Shown: in pieces, positions 16,583-26,179 of the stretch | Position numbering within the stretch: the stretch's first letter is position 1 | How the letters are laid out: each line of letters opens with the position of its first letter | DNA from: an uncultured bacterium | GTDB lineage: Bacteria > Acidobacteriota > HRBIN11 > JAKEFK01 | Length of the DNA: 64,000 bases | Reading direction: 5' to 3' | NCBI GenBank assembly: GCA_963777505.1 | Contig: CAVZQN010000003.1 | Span: 352,001 to 416,000 of the forward strand | Notes under the pieces: generated by a model | Told to the model about the DNA's origin: nothing | Databases searched by the model: none | The model's input: the letters and a program-made list of their open reading frames with translations, nothing else | Program-made: the position numbers and the translations under genes

Positions 16583-18656
16583 AGCGGTTGAGTTTTTGAC
16601 GGGCGGATTCGATTCGTGCTGCATGAATATTCGGATCGGCATAAGTAATGAAATTTTGATATGCCTGTTTAGATTCATCAGTTCTTCCCATGCGTTCCAA
16701 AATAATTCCAAGATTGTAATAAGCTTCAGCAAAATTAGGATTTTTTTCCAGCGCTTTTCGCAGTAATTCTTCCGCTCCACTCAAATCACCTTGTTGGCCT
16801 TTTAATATTGCCAGCGAGTAATATGGGTGTGCCAGGGATGGATTAAACTGAATTGCACGTTCAAATTGTTCGGATGCGCCTACAAGGTTCCCCAAATTCC
16901 GGTATGTATTTCCCAGTTCGTACGCTGCAGCCGCATTTCTAGGGTCCAGTTCCAAACTCTTTTGTAAATATGGAATCGCTTCTTGTGGCCTTCCGGATAC
17001 TGTTAAGGTTTCACCCAAATTTACAAGTGCTTCTTGCATTTCCGGATCAATTTGTAACGCAAGTTTTTCTTCCACTATCGATTTTTCAATATCACCGATT
17101 CGTTTAAAGCCAAGAGCTAACCTGTGATGGATTTTGTTATCTTCTGGTGTGAGCTGAAGCGCCTTCTGCCAATATTGAACCGCTTTTTCGGGATTTTCTT
17201 TAATTACAAATTGACCCAGCGTATCGAGTAAAACTGGATTACTGGCATCCATTTGCGAGGCTCGCTCCAAAAGTTCAATTGCCTCATTCTGTTTTCCTTC
17301 CATACTCAGAAACGTTGAACGTTCGTATAACTTCCACACCTCAATTTTACTTTTCGGATCAGGAAGATTCTCCAGGTTCTTTGGCTTAGTTGTGCCAGAC
17401 AAATATCCCAGGCTGCGAAGGTTTTCTTCAAGTGCTGGATCCATCTTTGTATCCTGGGCCGGCGGCTGGATCTTTTTGTACTTTTGCAATTTATCCGCAA
17501 TGCTTCGCACAGCTTGATTATTTATTTCTTGAATGTTGGTTTTTTCATGAGGATCTGCTTTGAGGTTGTACACTTCAGGCTGTGGAGCATCAATCACTTT
17601 CCATTCTGTTGTTCTTGCCGAATGCAAAGGACTCCAACCAATTCCAAGCGGATAATGCGTTTCAAGAATAGCGGGAACTTCACCCAGGGATTTTCCTGAA
17701 AGCATAGGCACTAATGATCTTCCATCAAGACCTTGAGGCTTTTCACTTCCAGCAAGTTCCAGGAGTGTTGGTGCAACATCAATCAATTGAACTTGCTGAA
17801 GTATTTCTTTGCCCGAGGTTATGCTTGGACCCGCCATTACAAATGGAATCTGAATTGTAGAATCATACAAAAAAAGGCCATGACCTAGTTCATCATGATC
17901 TCCCAATCCTTCCCCATGATCGGCAGTGATGAGAATGATTGTTCTATTTCGAACAGCGTCCAGCGATTTGATAATCTTGCCGATTTGTTCATCGACATAT
18001 GCAATTTCACCCAGATACTGATTCGAATAATTCGAACGGTATGGCTCAGGAGGGTTATATCTTGCATGAGGATCATAAAAATGAATGAACAGAAAAAAAG
18101 AGGATTGCTGATTGGAAGACAGCCAGTTTATTGCTTCCGAAGCTGTCGTATCAGCAAGGCGTTCATTTTGTGGATTGTTTGAATCCTGCGCGCCGTACTG
18201 AATGAAGTCGTCGTAAAATTCAAATCCGTTAGAAAGTCCAAACCTGTGATCCAGCACGATGCTGCTTACAAATCCGGCAGTCTTGTAGCCTTTCGACTGT
18301 AACAATGAAGGCAAGGTTGCAACAGTTGGATTTAAGCGGTAGCCATGGTTGTCGCGAATTCCATGTTTTGCTGGTAACAGTCCAGTCAGCAGTGATGCAT
18401 GTGATGGAAGAGTTAATGGTACGTGTGCTATGGCATTTTTGAAAACGATTCCGGATCGACCTAATGCATCAATGTTTGGAGTTCGAACTTGCTGATTGCC
18501 ATAAATTCCAATCGAGTCGGCTCGCGTCGTGTCGATTGAAATGAGTACAAAATTCAGTTTTGGATTTTCGGCAGCAGGCTGTGGCTTTTTCCAATAAAAC
18601 AAAACCGCAAAGACGGCAATCAGAATAAAAAGAATTAGCGCAATCTTATTTCGCAA
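16581..18656 (-). CDS. Sulfatase/alkaline-phosphatase-superfamily protein with C-terminal TPRs
   Basis: N-terminal TM, ISIDTTRAD, PLTLPSHASLLTG, YDPH, ADHGE, LRSLGY, then TPRs. TTG start. Confidence 0.92.
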   Translation of the reverse strand: MRNKIALILFILIAVFAVLFYWKKPQPAAENPKLNFVLISIDTTRADSIGIYGNQQVRTPNIDALGRSGIVFKNAIAHVPLTLPSHASLLTGLLPAKHGIRDNHGYRLNPTVATLPSLLQSKGYKTAGFVSSIVLDHRFGLSNGFEFYDDFIQYGAQDSNNPQNERLADTTASEAINWLSSNQQSSFFLFIHFYDPHARYNPPEPYRSNYSNQYLGEIAYVDEQIGKIIKSLDAVRNRTIILITADHGEGLGDHDELGHGLFLYDSTIQIPFVMAGPSITSGKEILQQVQLIDVAPTLLELAGSEKPQGLDGRSLVPMLSGKSLGEVPAILETHYPLGIGWSPLHSARTTEWKVIDAPQPEVYNLKADPHEKTNIQEINNQAVRSIADKLQKYKKIQPPAQDTKMDPALEENLRSLGYLSGTTKPKNLENLPDPKSKIEVWKLYERSTFLSMEGKQNEAIELLERASQMDASNPVLLDTLGQFVIKENPEKAVQYWQKALQLTPEDNKIHHRLALGFKRIGDIEKSIVEEKLALQIDPEMQEALVNLGETLTVSGRPQEAIPYLQKSLELDPRNAAAAYELGNTYRNLGNLVGASEQFERAIQFNPSLAHPYYSLAILKGQQGDLSGAEELLRKALEKNPNFAEAYYNLGIILERMGRTDESKQAYQNFITYADPNIHAARIESARQKLNR

Positions 18657-18688
18657 ATCTAAAGCTTAAGTCAAAGATGCCATAGGTG

Positions 18689-18761
18689 GTAGGGGCGACC
18701 CTTGTGGTCGCCCGTGTGCTCGTGTACATATCTTAAGGGCGGCCACAAGGGCCGCCCCTAC
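18689..18761. repeat. Inverted pair of GTAG-family REP elements (REPIN/BIME-like)
   Basis: GTAGGGGCGACCCTTGTGGTCGCCC (18689-18713) and GGGCGGCCACAAGGGCCGCCCCTAC (18737-18761). Confidence 0.85.
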
Positions 18762-18773
18762 GAGTGCGGTAAT

Positions 18774-18803
18774 AAAAAAAGGGCGATCTAGAAGATCGCC
18801 CTT
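18774..18803 (-). terminator. Intrinsic terminator
   Basis: On the minus strand: AAGGGCGATCT-TCT-AGATCGCCC followed by T7. Confidence 0.85.
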
Positions 18804-18836
18804 AGTCTCTCTTTTACGTTGGAGCCATGAGGCTCC
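18774..18836 (-). ncRNA. Candidate antisense sRNA, sibling 2 (3'-UTR of TBDR)
   Basis: Minus strand GGAGCCTCATGGCTC-N5-TAA-AAGAGAGA plus terminator. 18811-18831 is complementary to the TBDR RBS/start. Confidence 0.55.
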
Positions 18837-18884
18837 TGAGACATACAACCCTGTATGCCTCAGGTGCTTCGTGGTTTTAAGAAG

Positions 18885-18912
18885 CGGGAGCACCTGGCGC
18901 GATGCTCCCGCC
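18885..18912. other. GC-rich hairpin just after the TBDR stop
   Basis: GCGGGAGCA...TGCTCCCGC; only a weak U-tract on the minus strand. Confidence 0.6.
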
Positions 18913-18922
18913 CAAAAACAAC

Positions 18923-21838
18923 TTAGAAGCTGTAACGCAAACCAACGCGCAGTGCGCGCGGTGAAATTAATTCGTCGATACGGTTCAAGTTCTGTGAAGT
19001 AACTGTCCGTGTGCGTCGAATAATTGTGTTGGTGTTCGTTACGTTAAATAAATTGGCCGAAAGAGCTAAACGCCCGTAGTTACCAAATTCGAATCCTTTT
19101 TCAAACTGTAAATCCAGAGTGAAAATATTTTCGAAACGGCGGCTGCCGAACGGTTCGACAAGAATCAAATGAGTTTGGGTGCCAAGCGAAGGCAAAGTTG
19201 GATCGCCAATAGGTGCCATCAGCACGAATGGATAACCTTGCTGGTACCGTCCGAAAGCGCCCGCTGTAATATCCCAGCCGAACTGATACACACCACTCAA
19301 TTTAAATTGCCATTCTGAATATGGATATACGCCCGATTTACCGCTGCCACCTGGAGCAAACGCATAAGCTTGATCATTCAGGAAAGGCAAATTTGTTGGA
19401 TCAAACGGGAAGACCTGGCCATTCAATCCGCCATCTCCGATGTAGAAGGCGAGGGAATCGCCGCCATCGTAATTCGCTTTTTGTCGTTGCAGAGTAACTC
19501 CACCATTGAGCATGAAGTTATTGCTCATGCGTTTGCGAACTGCGATGTCAACTCCATCATATTTTGTCTTGTAGTCGTTTGCGTTTGTCAGGAGAAGATC
19601 CCCATTGTCAACGCCGCCATAAACAAAATATGGAACGTTAAATGATCCGAGAGTTGTATCGGCCGTAAAAACTCCTCCTGGTACAAAATCAGCAGCTGAT
19701 ACTCCATTCGAAACGATAGTCGTTGCATCACGATAGTCACGATGTGTGTATGTCGCGCTTACCGAAATATCCTGCGCGAGCTGTCGTTCGAATCCCACCA
19801 AGTATTCCCAGGAACTGGAATTCTTAAAATCTGAGTCGATTACGTTGTTATCTACAAACGATTGGAGGTCAAAGATCGGTCCGTTTAAACCACCGAAATA
19901 CCTGGGTGCGCTAGTAATTTCATCAGGAGTAATGACACGATCACCATTTAGGTTTACGAAATCCATAATCGCGCCGTTATACACATAGGTCGGATTTTGA
20001 AGTTGCACAAAAGCCGGATTAAATCCATCGTAATAACGTGCGAAATTTCCGCGAACAATTGTCTTTCCATCGCCAGACATATCATAGGTCGCACCGATGC
20101 GTGGAGAGAAATCGTTGAAGGAGATTCCTGGATCTCCACCTGGATATTCCAGAGGGCCGACTATGTTTTCAAATCCTGGTACTCCAGGAATTGATGATGC
20201 TATGTTCGATCCTGTTTGGTTATCAAAGCGGAAACCAAGATTTAAGGTCAAACGGTCTTTACGGAAAGTATCCGTAACATAGAAACTTGTGTGATTCAGA
20301 TCCACACGTCCATCAATTGCGTGTTGAGCTTTCACATACCCAGAAGTTAGAGGACCACGCGGAGAAGTCTGGTTGTAATCAACGATCAATACACCATTAC
20401 CGTAAGAGCTAAAAGTGTGAAGTTCGGACGTTTTGTATTCGAATCCAAACCTGAATTCATGATCACCACCCATAACATTTTCTGAGAAGTAGTTTGCGTC
20501 TACAACAAAGTCATGTGATGGACGATCGATCGGCGCAACATAAAACAGGGTGTCTTCATAACGTGGAATGGACGCTAAATACACCATCGGGATGTCCTTT
20601 CCGCCAACCGGCTTCAAAGTAAATCCGAGACCGATATACCCATAACGTCCGGTTACGATCGTATGATCGTTGGGAATCCATGTATGCTGACCGGTCCAAA
20701 TTCCTGGTGTAATGGTATCTGTCCCAGCCTGATCCCATAATGTTTCAGGAGCTTGCAAGGAGATTGCAATTCCTGCGCGACCGGTCTTTGATTTTTCACC
20801 CTGGAAGTAACCAAATTGCGATTCATGCGCAGTTCCCCAGTTCGCATTCGCTTTGAAGTTGAAATCTTCAAGTTCGGTGAAATCAAATGTATTTGCAGTA
20901 GTAATCAATCCGATTTCGTTTTTGCGATACGCGCCCCAGACAAATAATTTGTCTTTGATGATTGGACCACCGATATCGAAACCATAGTCTTTTACCTCAT
21001 CGAGGCGATTCGACCTGGCGCCGATTGCAGCGAGTTCATCAGGAGTGTTGTCACCCTGCAGGCTATCGCCAGCGTAAAAATAGGAGGCGGCGCCTTCCCA
21101 TTTATTGCTTCCGCGCTTGGTGACAATATTGACAATTACACCGCCTGTCGGTGCTGATGCATCATTACCGCCTGTAGAGATTTGCAATTCCTCAAATGCA
21201 TCGAAATCGAAATAGGTTGGCGATGCTCCTAATGCGCCTGGATCGGTTGCATTAACACCGTCATAGTTCCATACGGTGTTGTCGTCGTTTCCACCACGCG
21301 CAATAAAAGATGCTTGCTGACCCGATTCGGAACCTGCTACGTTGTAACGATCCGAATCGACTCCTGTGGTTTGATCGATGATCGTCCACGGATCACGTGC
21401 ACTTGGTACATCTTCCAGATAATCACGATTAAATGATTCTGACGTTCCTGTCTTTTTTGTGTCCACTACCGGTGTTTCACCGATAACTGTGAACTCTTCA
21501 GCCAGCGAAGGTCTCATCGTGATTTCGAGTTGTACCTGACTGCCGGTACTAACTCGAACTTCTTCCTGGCGTACTTCTGTGAAACCTTCAATTGCAAAAT
21601 TCACAGAATAAATTCCAGGAGGTAAGTTAGCGAAACGGAAACTGCCGGAAGCTCCAGACGTCGCGCTTTGCGGTGGCAGTGACGTCGATTCCAGCGTGAT
21701 GCTTACACCAGGTAATGGGCCGCCTTTATCATCAATCGTCTTTCCATAGATTGACCCTGTTTTCATCGACACTTGCGCGAAAACAGGGATTGTAAAGGCG
21801 AGGACCAGAACGAGAGCAAGCAGAAGCTTATTTCTCAT
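18923..21838 (-). CDS. TonB-dependent receptor (Oar-like, CarboxypepD_reg N-terminus)
   Basis: RBS GGAGGAG, signal peptide, GGPLPGVSITL..G.FRF.NLPPG.Y, plug NIVTKRG, FSPRIG, C-terminal GLRYSF. Confidence 0.94.
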   Translation of the reverse strand: MRNKLLLALVLVLAFTIPVFAQVSMKTGSIYGKTIDDKGGPLPGVSITLESTSLPPQSATSGASGSFRFANLPPGIYSVNFAIEGFTEVRQEEVRVSTGSQVQLEITMRPSLAEEFTVIGETPVVDTKKTGTSESFNRDYLEDVPSARDPWTIIDQTTGVDSDRYNVAGSESGQQASFIARGGNDDNTVWNYDGVNATDPGALGASPTYFDFDAFEELQISTGGNDASAPTGGVIVNIVTKRGSNKWEGAASYFYAGDSLQGDNTPDELAAIGARSNRLDEVKDYGFDIGGPIIKDKLFVWGAYRKNEIGLITTANTFDFTELEDFNFKANANWGTAHESQFGYFQGEKSKTGRAGIAISLQAPETLWDQAGTDTITPGIWTGQHTWIPNDHTIVTGRYGYIGLGFTLKPVGGKDIPMVYLASIPRYEDTLFYVAPIDRPSHDFVVDANYFSENVMGGDHEFRFGFEYKTSELHTFSSYGNGVLIVDYNQTSPRGPLTSGYVKAQHAIDGRVDLNHTSFYVTDTFRKDRLTLNLGFRFDNQTGSNIASSIPGVPGFENIVGPLEYPGGDPGISFNDFSPRIGATYDMSGDGKTIVRGNFARYYDGFNPAFVQLQNPTYVYNGAIMDFVNLNGDRVITPDEITSAPRYFGGLNGPIFDLQSFVDNNVIDSDFKNSSSWEYLVGFERQLAQDISVSATYTHRDYRDATTIVSNGVSAADFVPGGVFTADTTLGSFNVPYFVYGGVDNGDLLLTNANDYKTKYDGVDIAVRKRMSNNFMLNGGVTLQRQKANYDGGDSLAFYIGDGGLNGQVFPFDPTNLPFLNDQAYAFAPGGSGKSGVYPYSEWQFKLSGVYQFGWDITAGAFGRYQQGYPFVLMAPIGDPTLPSLGTQTHLILVEPFGSRRFENIFTLDLQFEKGFEFGNYGRLALSANLFNVTNTNTIIRRTRTVTSQNLNRIDELISPRALRVGLRYSF

Positions 21839-21957
21839 GGCTCCTCCATAAAAGGATTATTGGTTAAATACAGTTCAAATTTTTCCGGGTTTAGCTGATT
21901 CACCTTGTGACGGTTGGGCTGAATCATCCGGAATTCGGAACAAACGTTACCGTTTGG

Positions 21958-21973
21958 AGCAAGAGATATGCCA
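21958..21973 (-). promoter_or_regulatory. Sigma54 (-24/-12) promoter of the TBDR
   Basis: Minus strand TGGCATATCTCTTGCT = GG-N10-GC with TGGCA and TTGCT boxes. Confidence 0.8.
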
Positions 21974-21990
21974 CTGAGGACAATTAGATT

Positions 21991-22003
21991 TAAGTCGTTT
22001 ATT
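21991..22003 (-). promoter_or_regulatory. IHF-like site upstream of the sigma54 promoter
   Basis: AATAAACGACTTA versus WATCAANNNNTTR (1 mismatch). Confidence 0.45.
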
Positions 22004-22187
22004 TCGTGGTAGTTACTGGTATTCGGTTTCGTTTAGCAGAATGGCTGCACGAAATTTTCGTATAGGTGAATTTGGGGCATTGAAGTGCAAAAACGGAGAT
22101 TCATTGCTGATACGTACGTATTAGTGCCATAAACATACAGTTTCATCACAGGTACGAAAATTTGAAGTGAGGAATGAAATCGACGAA

Positions 22188-24524
22188 TTACGGGATCGAA
22201 ATACGGTAAATTGGGTGGATTCCGAGAAGCGGATCACGAATTCGAATTTGTCTGTTAAACCAACCTCCATTTTGAGGCGTAAACGGGATATCCAGACGCG
22301 TAAAAATCCAGAAACTTAATTCATAATCGCCGGCCAATTCGTTTGTCGTTAATGGTATTTCAATCGGGATCTCGTGTCCTGCTTCTACAACAAATTCCTG
22401 CATATCACTTCCGATTTGATATGACTTCCAGGGCTGAGATTCGCCAACATCGCTCAAGAATGCTTCAACGTGACCGGTAACTTTCCGTTTGCTGCGGTTG
22501 ATGAGCTCGCATTTCACTTTCAAAGGAGCTTCCTTGTCGAACAAAACAAAGGGTTGAAATTGTTCAGCACGCGTTATTTCTCTTTCCATTCTGACACTAA
22601 GAATTTCTAGAGGCGGACGAATTTCCGCTACCTGAACTCCATCAGGAATTCCTTTCCATTCAAACTGAACATGTTGATTTGGTGTGATATCTGTCTGTGC
22701 GCGGCTGAACAAAGAAAATCTTGAATCTAACCGCACAGGTAAAATTGCAAATGGAAAATATTCAGAATTTTTTTCCGCGGCAGATAAAGCGCTCATGCTG
22801 GATTTTTCCAGAATTGTTTCATTTAATTTCAAGTTTCGTACCTGTACATAAAACGAAGCATTCCTTTTTTCCGGAATTTTTAACGAATAGTATCCCGGCG
22901 GAAGCGACAGAGCACTGCCTGATTTCGTGAGGCGATATTCATCGTTTTGATCTTCTTTGATGACTGCCTGTTTAAATCCCGGTCTCACATGTAAACGATT
23001 CGTAGAAAAAACTTTGATTCTGTAATCAGGAATGAGTGTAGGGTGGGTGACTAAATCTAAAATGAGAGCTCCTTCTGCCGGAGCCTGCTGAAAGAATGTC
23101 TCGAAATAGTCTTTGAATTTTTTAGCTTGCGGACCTTCAGTGTAATAACGCATGTATTGTCCGCTTGAAACAACAACATAATCAAATCCCTCTTTAACAA
23201 ACCATTGAAAATCTTTCTTGCCGACATAATCTCGCGGCGCAAAACTTTCAATTTCAAAATAAGAAGGATCAAGTTCTATTTGATGAAATTGAAGTAGAGC
23301 GACTTTTGATCCTTGCGGAAGATGATTCACCATCCACAATTCTGCCTTGCTCCGGTTGTCTTCTTTTGAGTATAAGTAAGCCCTTGTTAGTGCCCGCTGA
23401 TATGGGAAAAATAAAGCTGCAAAGATTGCGAGTGCATATCCAATCGTTACGATCTGTGATCTTCGCGTTTGCCAGCCAGCATTCCAAATTAGATCGAATA
23501 AGATTCCAGACCACAATCCTATAAAGGGATGTAAAGGAAGTAATTCATGAACGCGCCGAACATCATATGAACAAAGCCAAACAAAGATGAAGATTGGATA
23601 GACTGAAAGCAGCAAGCCTTTAGATCTAAAACGCCACAATGTAAATACAAAACCTGCAATACCCGAAATCGTGAGCGGCAGATGATAGTTGTATCGCGTT
23701 AAGTATTCTGCGTAGAAGTAAGCAACATTTTTTCCGTAATAATCCTCTGCCGGAGAATAGAAGGCATCCATTTTACGAACCCAGTGAAATAGACTTGAAG
23801 GGTCACTGATGAGGGAAATATTCGTTGCAAAAAAGATGAGAAAAAAACCGGCAGGAGCAGCTAGGAAAGCCGAGATGGGCAAAGCTTTCCGGTTTAACCA
23901 GAGCGCGAATCCTAACGTAAATAAAAATGGTAGTCCAATGTTGTACTTAATTGAAAATGCAGCTCCCGCCAGCAATCCGGCAATAAGAGCTCTCCGTGCT
24001 GTTGGCGTTTTGCTTAGAGAAAATGCTGCACAATGTGCAGCAACAACAAAGAACAGGGCAGGGACTTCAGGCCGGAGCATATGACTGAATTCAATATGTT
24101 GAGGCACTGTAGCAAGAATTGCCATTCCGATGAGCGCAGCTACTTTCCCAAAATGAAGTCCGAGTTTGTAGATGAGTACAACTGTGCCCGTTCCCAGCAT
24201 CGCGCACATAAAGCGTCCAATAAAAATGAAAGAGGATTGTGGGATTGAGGTAACTTCATTGAAATATCCGGTCCAAACTCCAATCCAATAAAAAGCGTAC
24301 AGAAAAGGCAAATGAATGTAATAAGAAAGGCCTGGATAAATAAATTGTTGCGGAATTAAGTTCCCTGTGTACAACATACGTTGAAGGACAAGAAGAGTAT
24401 CGTTTTCGCCGTAAAGTGTGTGCAGGGGAAGTCCGGATGAAAGTCCTTTCAAACGTACCACTGCAGCAAAAGTCAGGATGATCCAAAATGCAAATCGGTG
24501 AAGGTCGGGCCGTTCACTGTTCAT
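22188..24524 (-). CDS. GT-C fold membrane glycosyltransferase (ArnT/PMT_2, GT39-like) with large periplasmic C-terminus
   Basis: Multiple TMs; FIYP, GRFMCA.LG, SHMLRPE, IKYN and DNRSKA..W motifs. Confidence 0.8.
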   Translation of the reverse strand: MNSERPDLHRFAFWIILTFAAVVRLKGLSSGLPLHTLYGENDTLLVLQRMLYTGNLIPQQFIYPGLSYYIHLPFLYAFYWIGVWTGYFNEVTSIPQSSFIFIGRFMCAMLGTGTVVLIYKLGLHFGKVAALIGMAILATVPQHIEFSHMLRPEVPALFFVVAAHCAAFSLSKTPTARRALIAGLLAGAAFSIKYNIGLPFLFTLGFALWLNRKALPISAFLAAPAGFFLIFFATNISLISDPSSLFHWVRKMDAFYSPAEDYYGKNVAYFYAEYLTRYNYHLPLTISGIAGFVFTLWRFRSKGLLLSVYPIFIFVWLCSYDVRRVHELLPLHPFIGLWSGILFDLIWNAGWQTRRSQIVTIGYALAIFAALFFPYQRALTRAYLYSKEDNRSKAELWMVNHLPQGSKVALLQFHQIELDPSYFEIESFAPRDYVGKKDFQWFVKEGFDYVVVSSGQYMRYYTEGPQAKKFKDYFETFFQQAPAEGALILDLVTHPTLIPDYRIKVFSTNRLHVRPGFKQAVIKEDQNDEYRLTKSGSALSLPPGYYSLKIPEKRNASFYVQVRNLKLNETILEKSSMSALSAAEKNSEYFPFAILPVRLDSRFSLFSRAQTDITPNQHVQFEWKGIPDGVQVAEIRPPLEILSVRMEREITRAEQFQPFVLFDKEAPLKVKCELINRSKRKVTGHVEAFLSDVGESQPWKSYQIGSDMQEFVVEAGHEIPIEIPLTTNELAGDYELSFWIFTRLDIPFTPQNGGWFNRQIRIRDPLLGIHPIYRISIP

Positions 24525-26179
24525 CAGGAAATACTCTTTGCATCTTTGTGGTTAGATTCTACCGCAGGCAGATGAACCTCGAATCGTGTCCCTTTCCCAG
24601 GGTGAGAATTGACGCGGATGCTGCCTTGATGTTCGGTGATGATTCTCTGGACAATTGCGAGCCCCAGGCCAGTGCCTGTAGGTTTTGTCGTGAAATACGG
24701 AGTAAAAATATGGCGTTGAACCTGTGCATCCATTCCAGGTCCATTGTCTTCGATACTTAGAATTGCTTCTAGTGGTTCATTTGTTCCAAGCGAAGTACTC
24801 ACTCGAACACTCCCTTCACTGCCGGCAGCTTCCACTGCATTTCGAACGAGATTGTGGATGACTTGCGAAATCTGTTCGTGATCAAATTCTATAGAAGGCA
24901 AATTTCCAGCATTAAATTGAACAGTTGCGGAACCATTCGCCTGATACAGCAACAAACACTTTTGTATAACCGCATTGAGATCGCCTGATTTTCTTGATGG
25001 AGATGGAAGTCTGGCAAATCCGGAAAATTCATCTGCAAGATGCCGGAGTTTTTCGACTTCTTCCAAGATGCTCTCACTTGATTCTTGAAAGACTTCATTA
25101 AACCGCGAAGGGACTTTTTCAAGACAAACCCGTAGATTCATGATGGACGTCTTGATCGGGGTTAATGGATTTTTGATTTCGTGTGCAAGATGGCGCGCAA
25201 TTTCCTGCCATGCAGCAACTCGCTCAGCTTGCAACAACAAACGTTGCTTTTCTTGCAGCTCGCTGGTCATTCTGTTAAATGCGCGAATTAAGTCTTGAAC
25301 TTCTTCACCGCCACGTTCCTCGAGTTGCATTTGCGAAGCACCTGAACCCATTCGATTCGCTGCTTCTGTCAGTTCCGCAAGCGGCGCGGTGATCCAGCGA
25401 GAAAGAAGGTGGCCGGCAGCCACGGATATCAAAAGAAATAGTACTATGAATATAGTACTATAAAAAATCAAATCCCGTTTCTCCTTTTCCATTGTCCCTG
25501 CGGATGTGGCTACAGAGACCCATGCAATGGGAACGCCATTGAAGTCTTTGACGTCGATGACCTCAGCGAGCATTTTTGGAGCCGTATTGTTCACCGGAGG
25601 ACGCGACTTGAGTACTGCGATTTTTGTTCCCGGATATGGAATCCGCGTTATTTCGTCCGCAAGAAAGTAGCCGCCTTGCAGGAATACTTTTCGGTTTCCA
25701 AACTGTGCTGCGCGTCGAAATTGCAGAGTCAATTCTGGAATCGCAACAACAACCGGTTCACCTTCTTTAATTGCCGGTTGTGAAAGAGGCTTTCCGAATA
25801 AAGCAGGCTGGCGGCTATCGCTTAAAATGATTCCTTCAGGCGAAACAATCATTAAGAAACCTAACGGAGTTCTTCGCTTAATCCGTTCTGCAAATGCGAT
25901 AACTTCTCGGTTGAATTGAGGCGGCTGCGACAGCATGGCTGCAAGAACAGGTTCCTGTTCAATAAACAAACCGGCGGCCAACTGATCCATTTCAAGCTTT
26001 AAACTGCGGCGCAATGATTCCAATCGGAAATTCAACAACTCTATACTTTGCTGCAACCGCTCTTTCGCTTGCCTTTCATAACTCGCGCTGATTCTGTCGT
26101 AGAGAAAAATAGCTGTGCCGGCTATGAATATGGAAACAGTGATAGCAAGCAGCAGAGTAATTTTTACGGGTAGTCTCAT
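24524..26179 (-). CDS. Sensor histidine kinase (NtrY-like, HAMP)
   Basis: Two TMs, HAMP, AWQEIARHLAHEIKNPLTPI, NLVRNA, DNGPG, GTGLGL. Confidence 0.95.
   Translation of the reverse strand: MRLPVKITLLLAITVSIFIAGTAIFLYDRISASYERQAKERLQQSIELLNFRLESLRRSLKLEMDQLAAGLFIEQEPVLAAMLSQPPQFNREVIAFAERIKRRTPLGFLMIVSPEGIILSDSRQPALFGKPLSQPAIKEGEPVVVAIPELTLQFRRAAQFGNRKVFLQGGYFLADEITRIPYPGTKIAVLKSRPPVNNTAPKMLAEVIDVKDFNGVPIAWVSVATSAGTMEKEKRDLIFYSTIFIVLFLLISVAAGHLLSRWITAPLAELTEAANRMGSGASQMQLEERGGEEVQDLIRAFNRMTSELQEKQRLLLQAERVAAWQEIARHLAHEIKNPLTPIKTSIMNLRVCLEKVPSRFNEVFQESSESILEEVEKLRHLADEFSGFARLPSPSRKSGDLNAVIQKCLLLYQANGSATVQFNAGNLPSIEFDHEQISQVIHNLVRNAVEAAGSEGSVRVSTSLGTNEPLEAILSIEDNGPGMDAQVQRHIFTPYFTTKPTGTGLGLAIVQRIITEHQGSIRVNSHPGKGTRFEVHLPAVESNHKDAKSIS

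Noticed and set aside
18666-18893. 75-aa ORF in the TBDR-sulfatase intergenic region
   Set aside because: It is a translation of REP, terminator and hairpin sequence (VGAALVAAL, GRPQGSPL).
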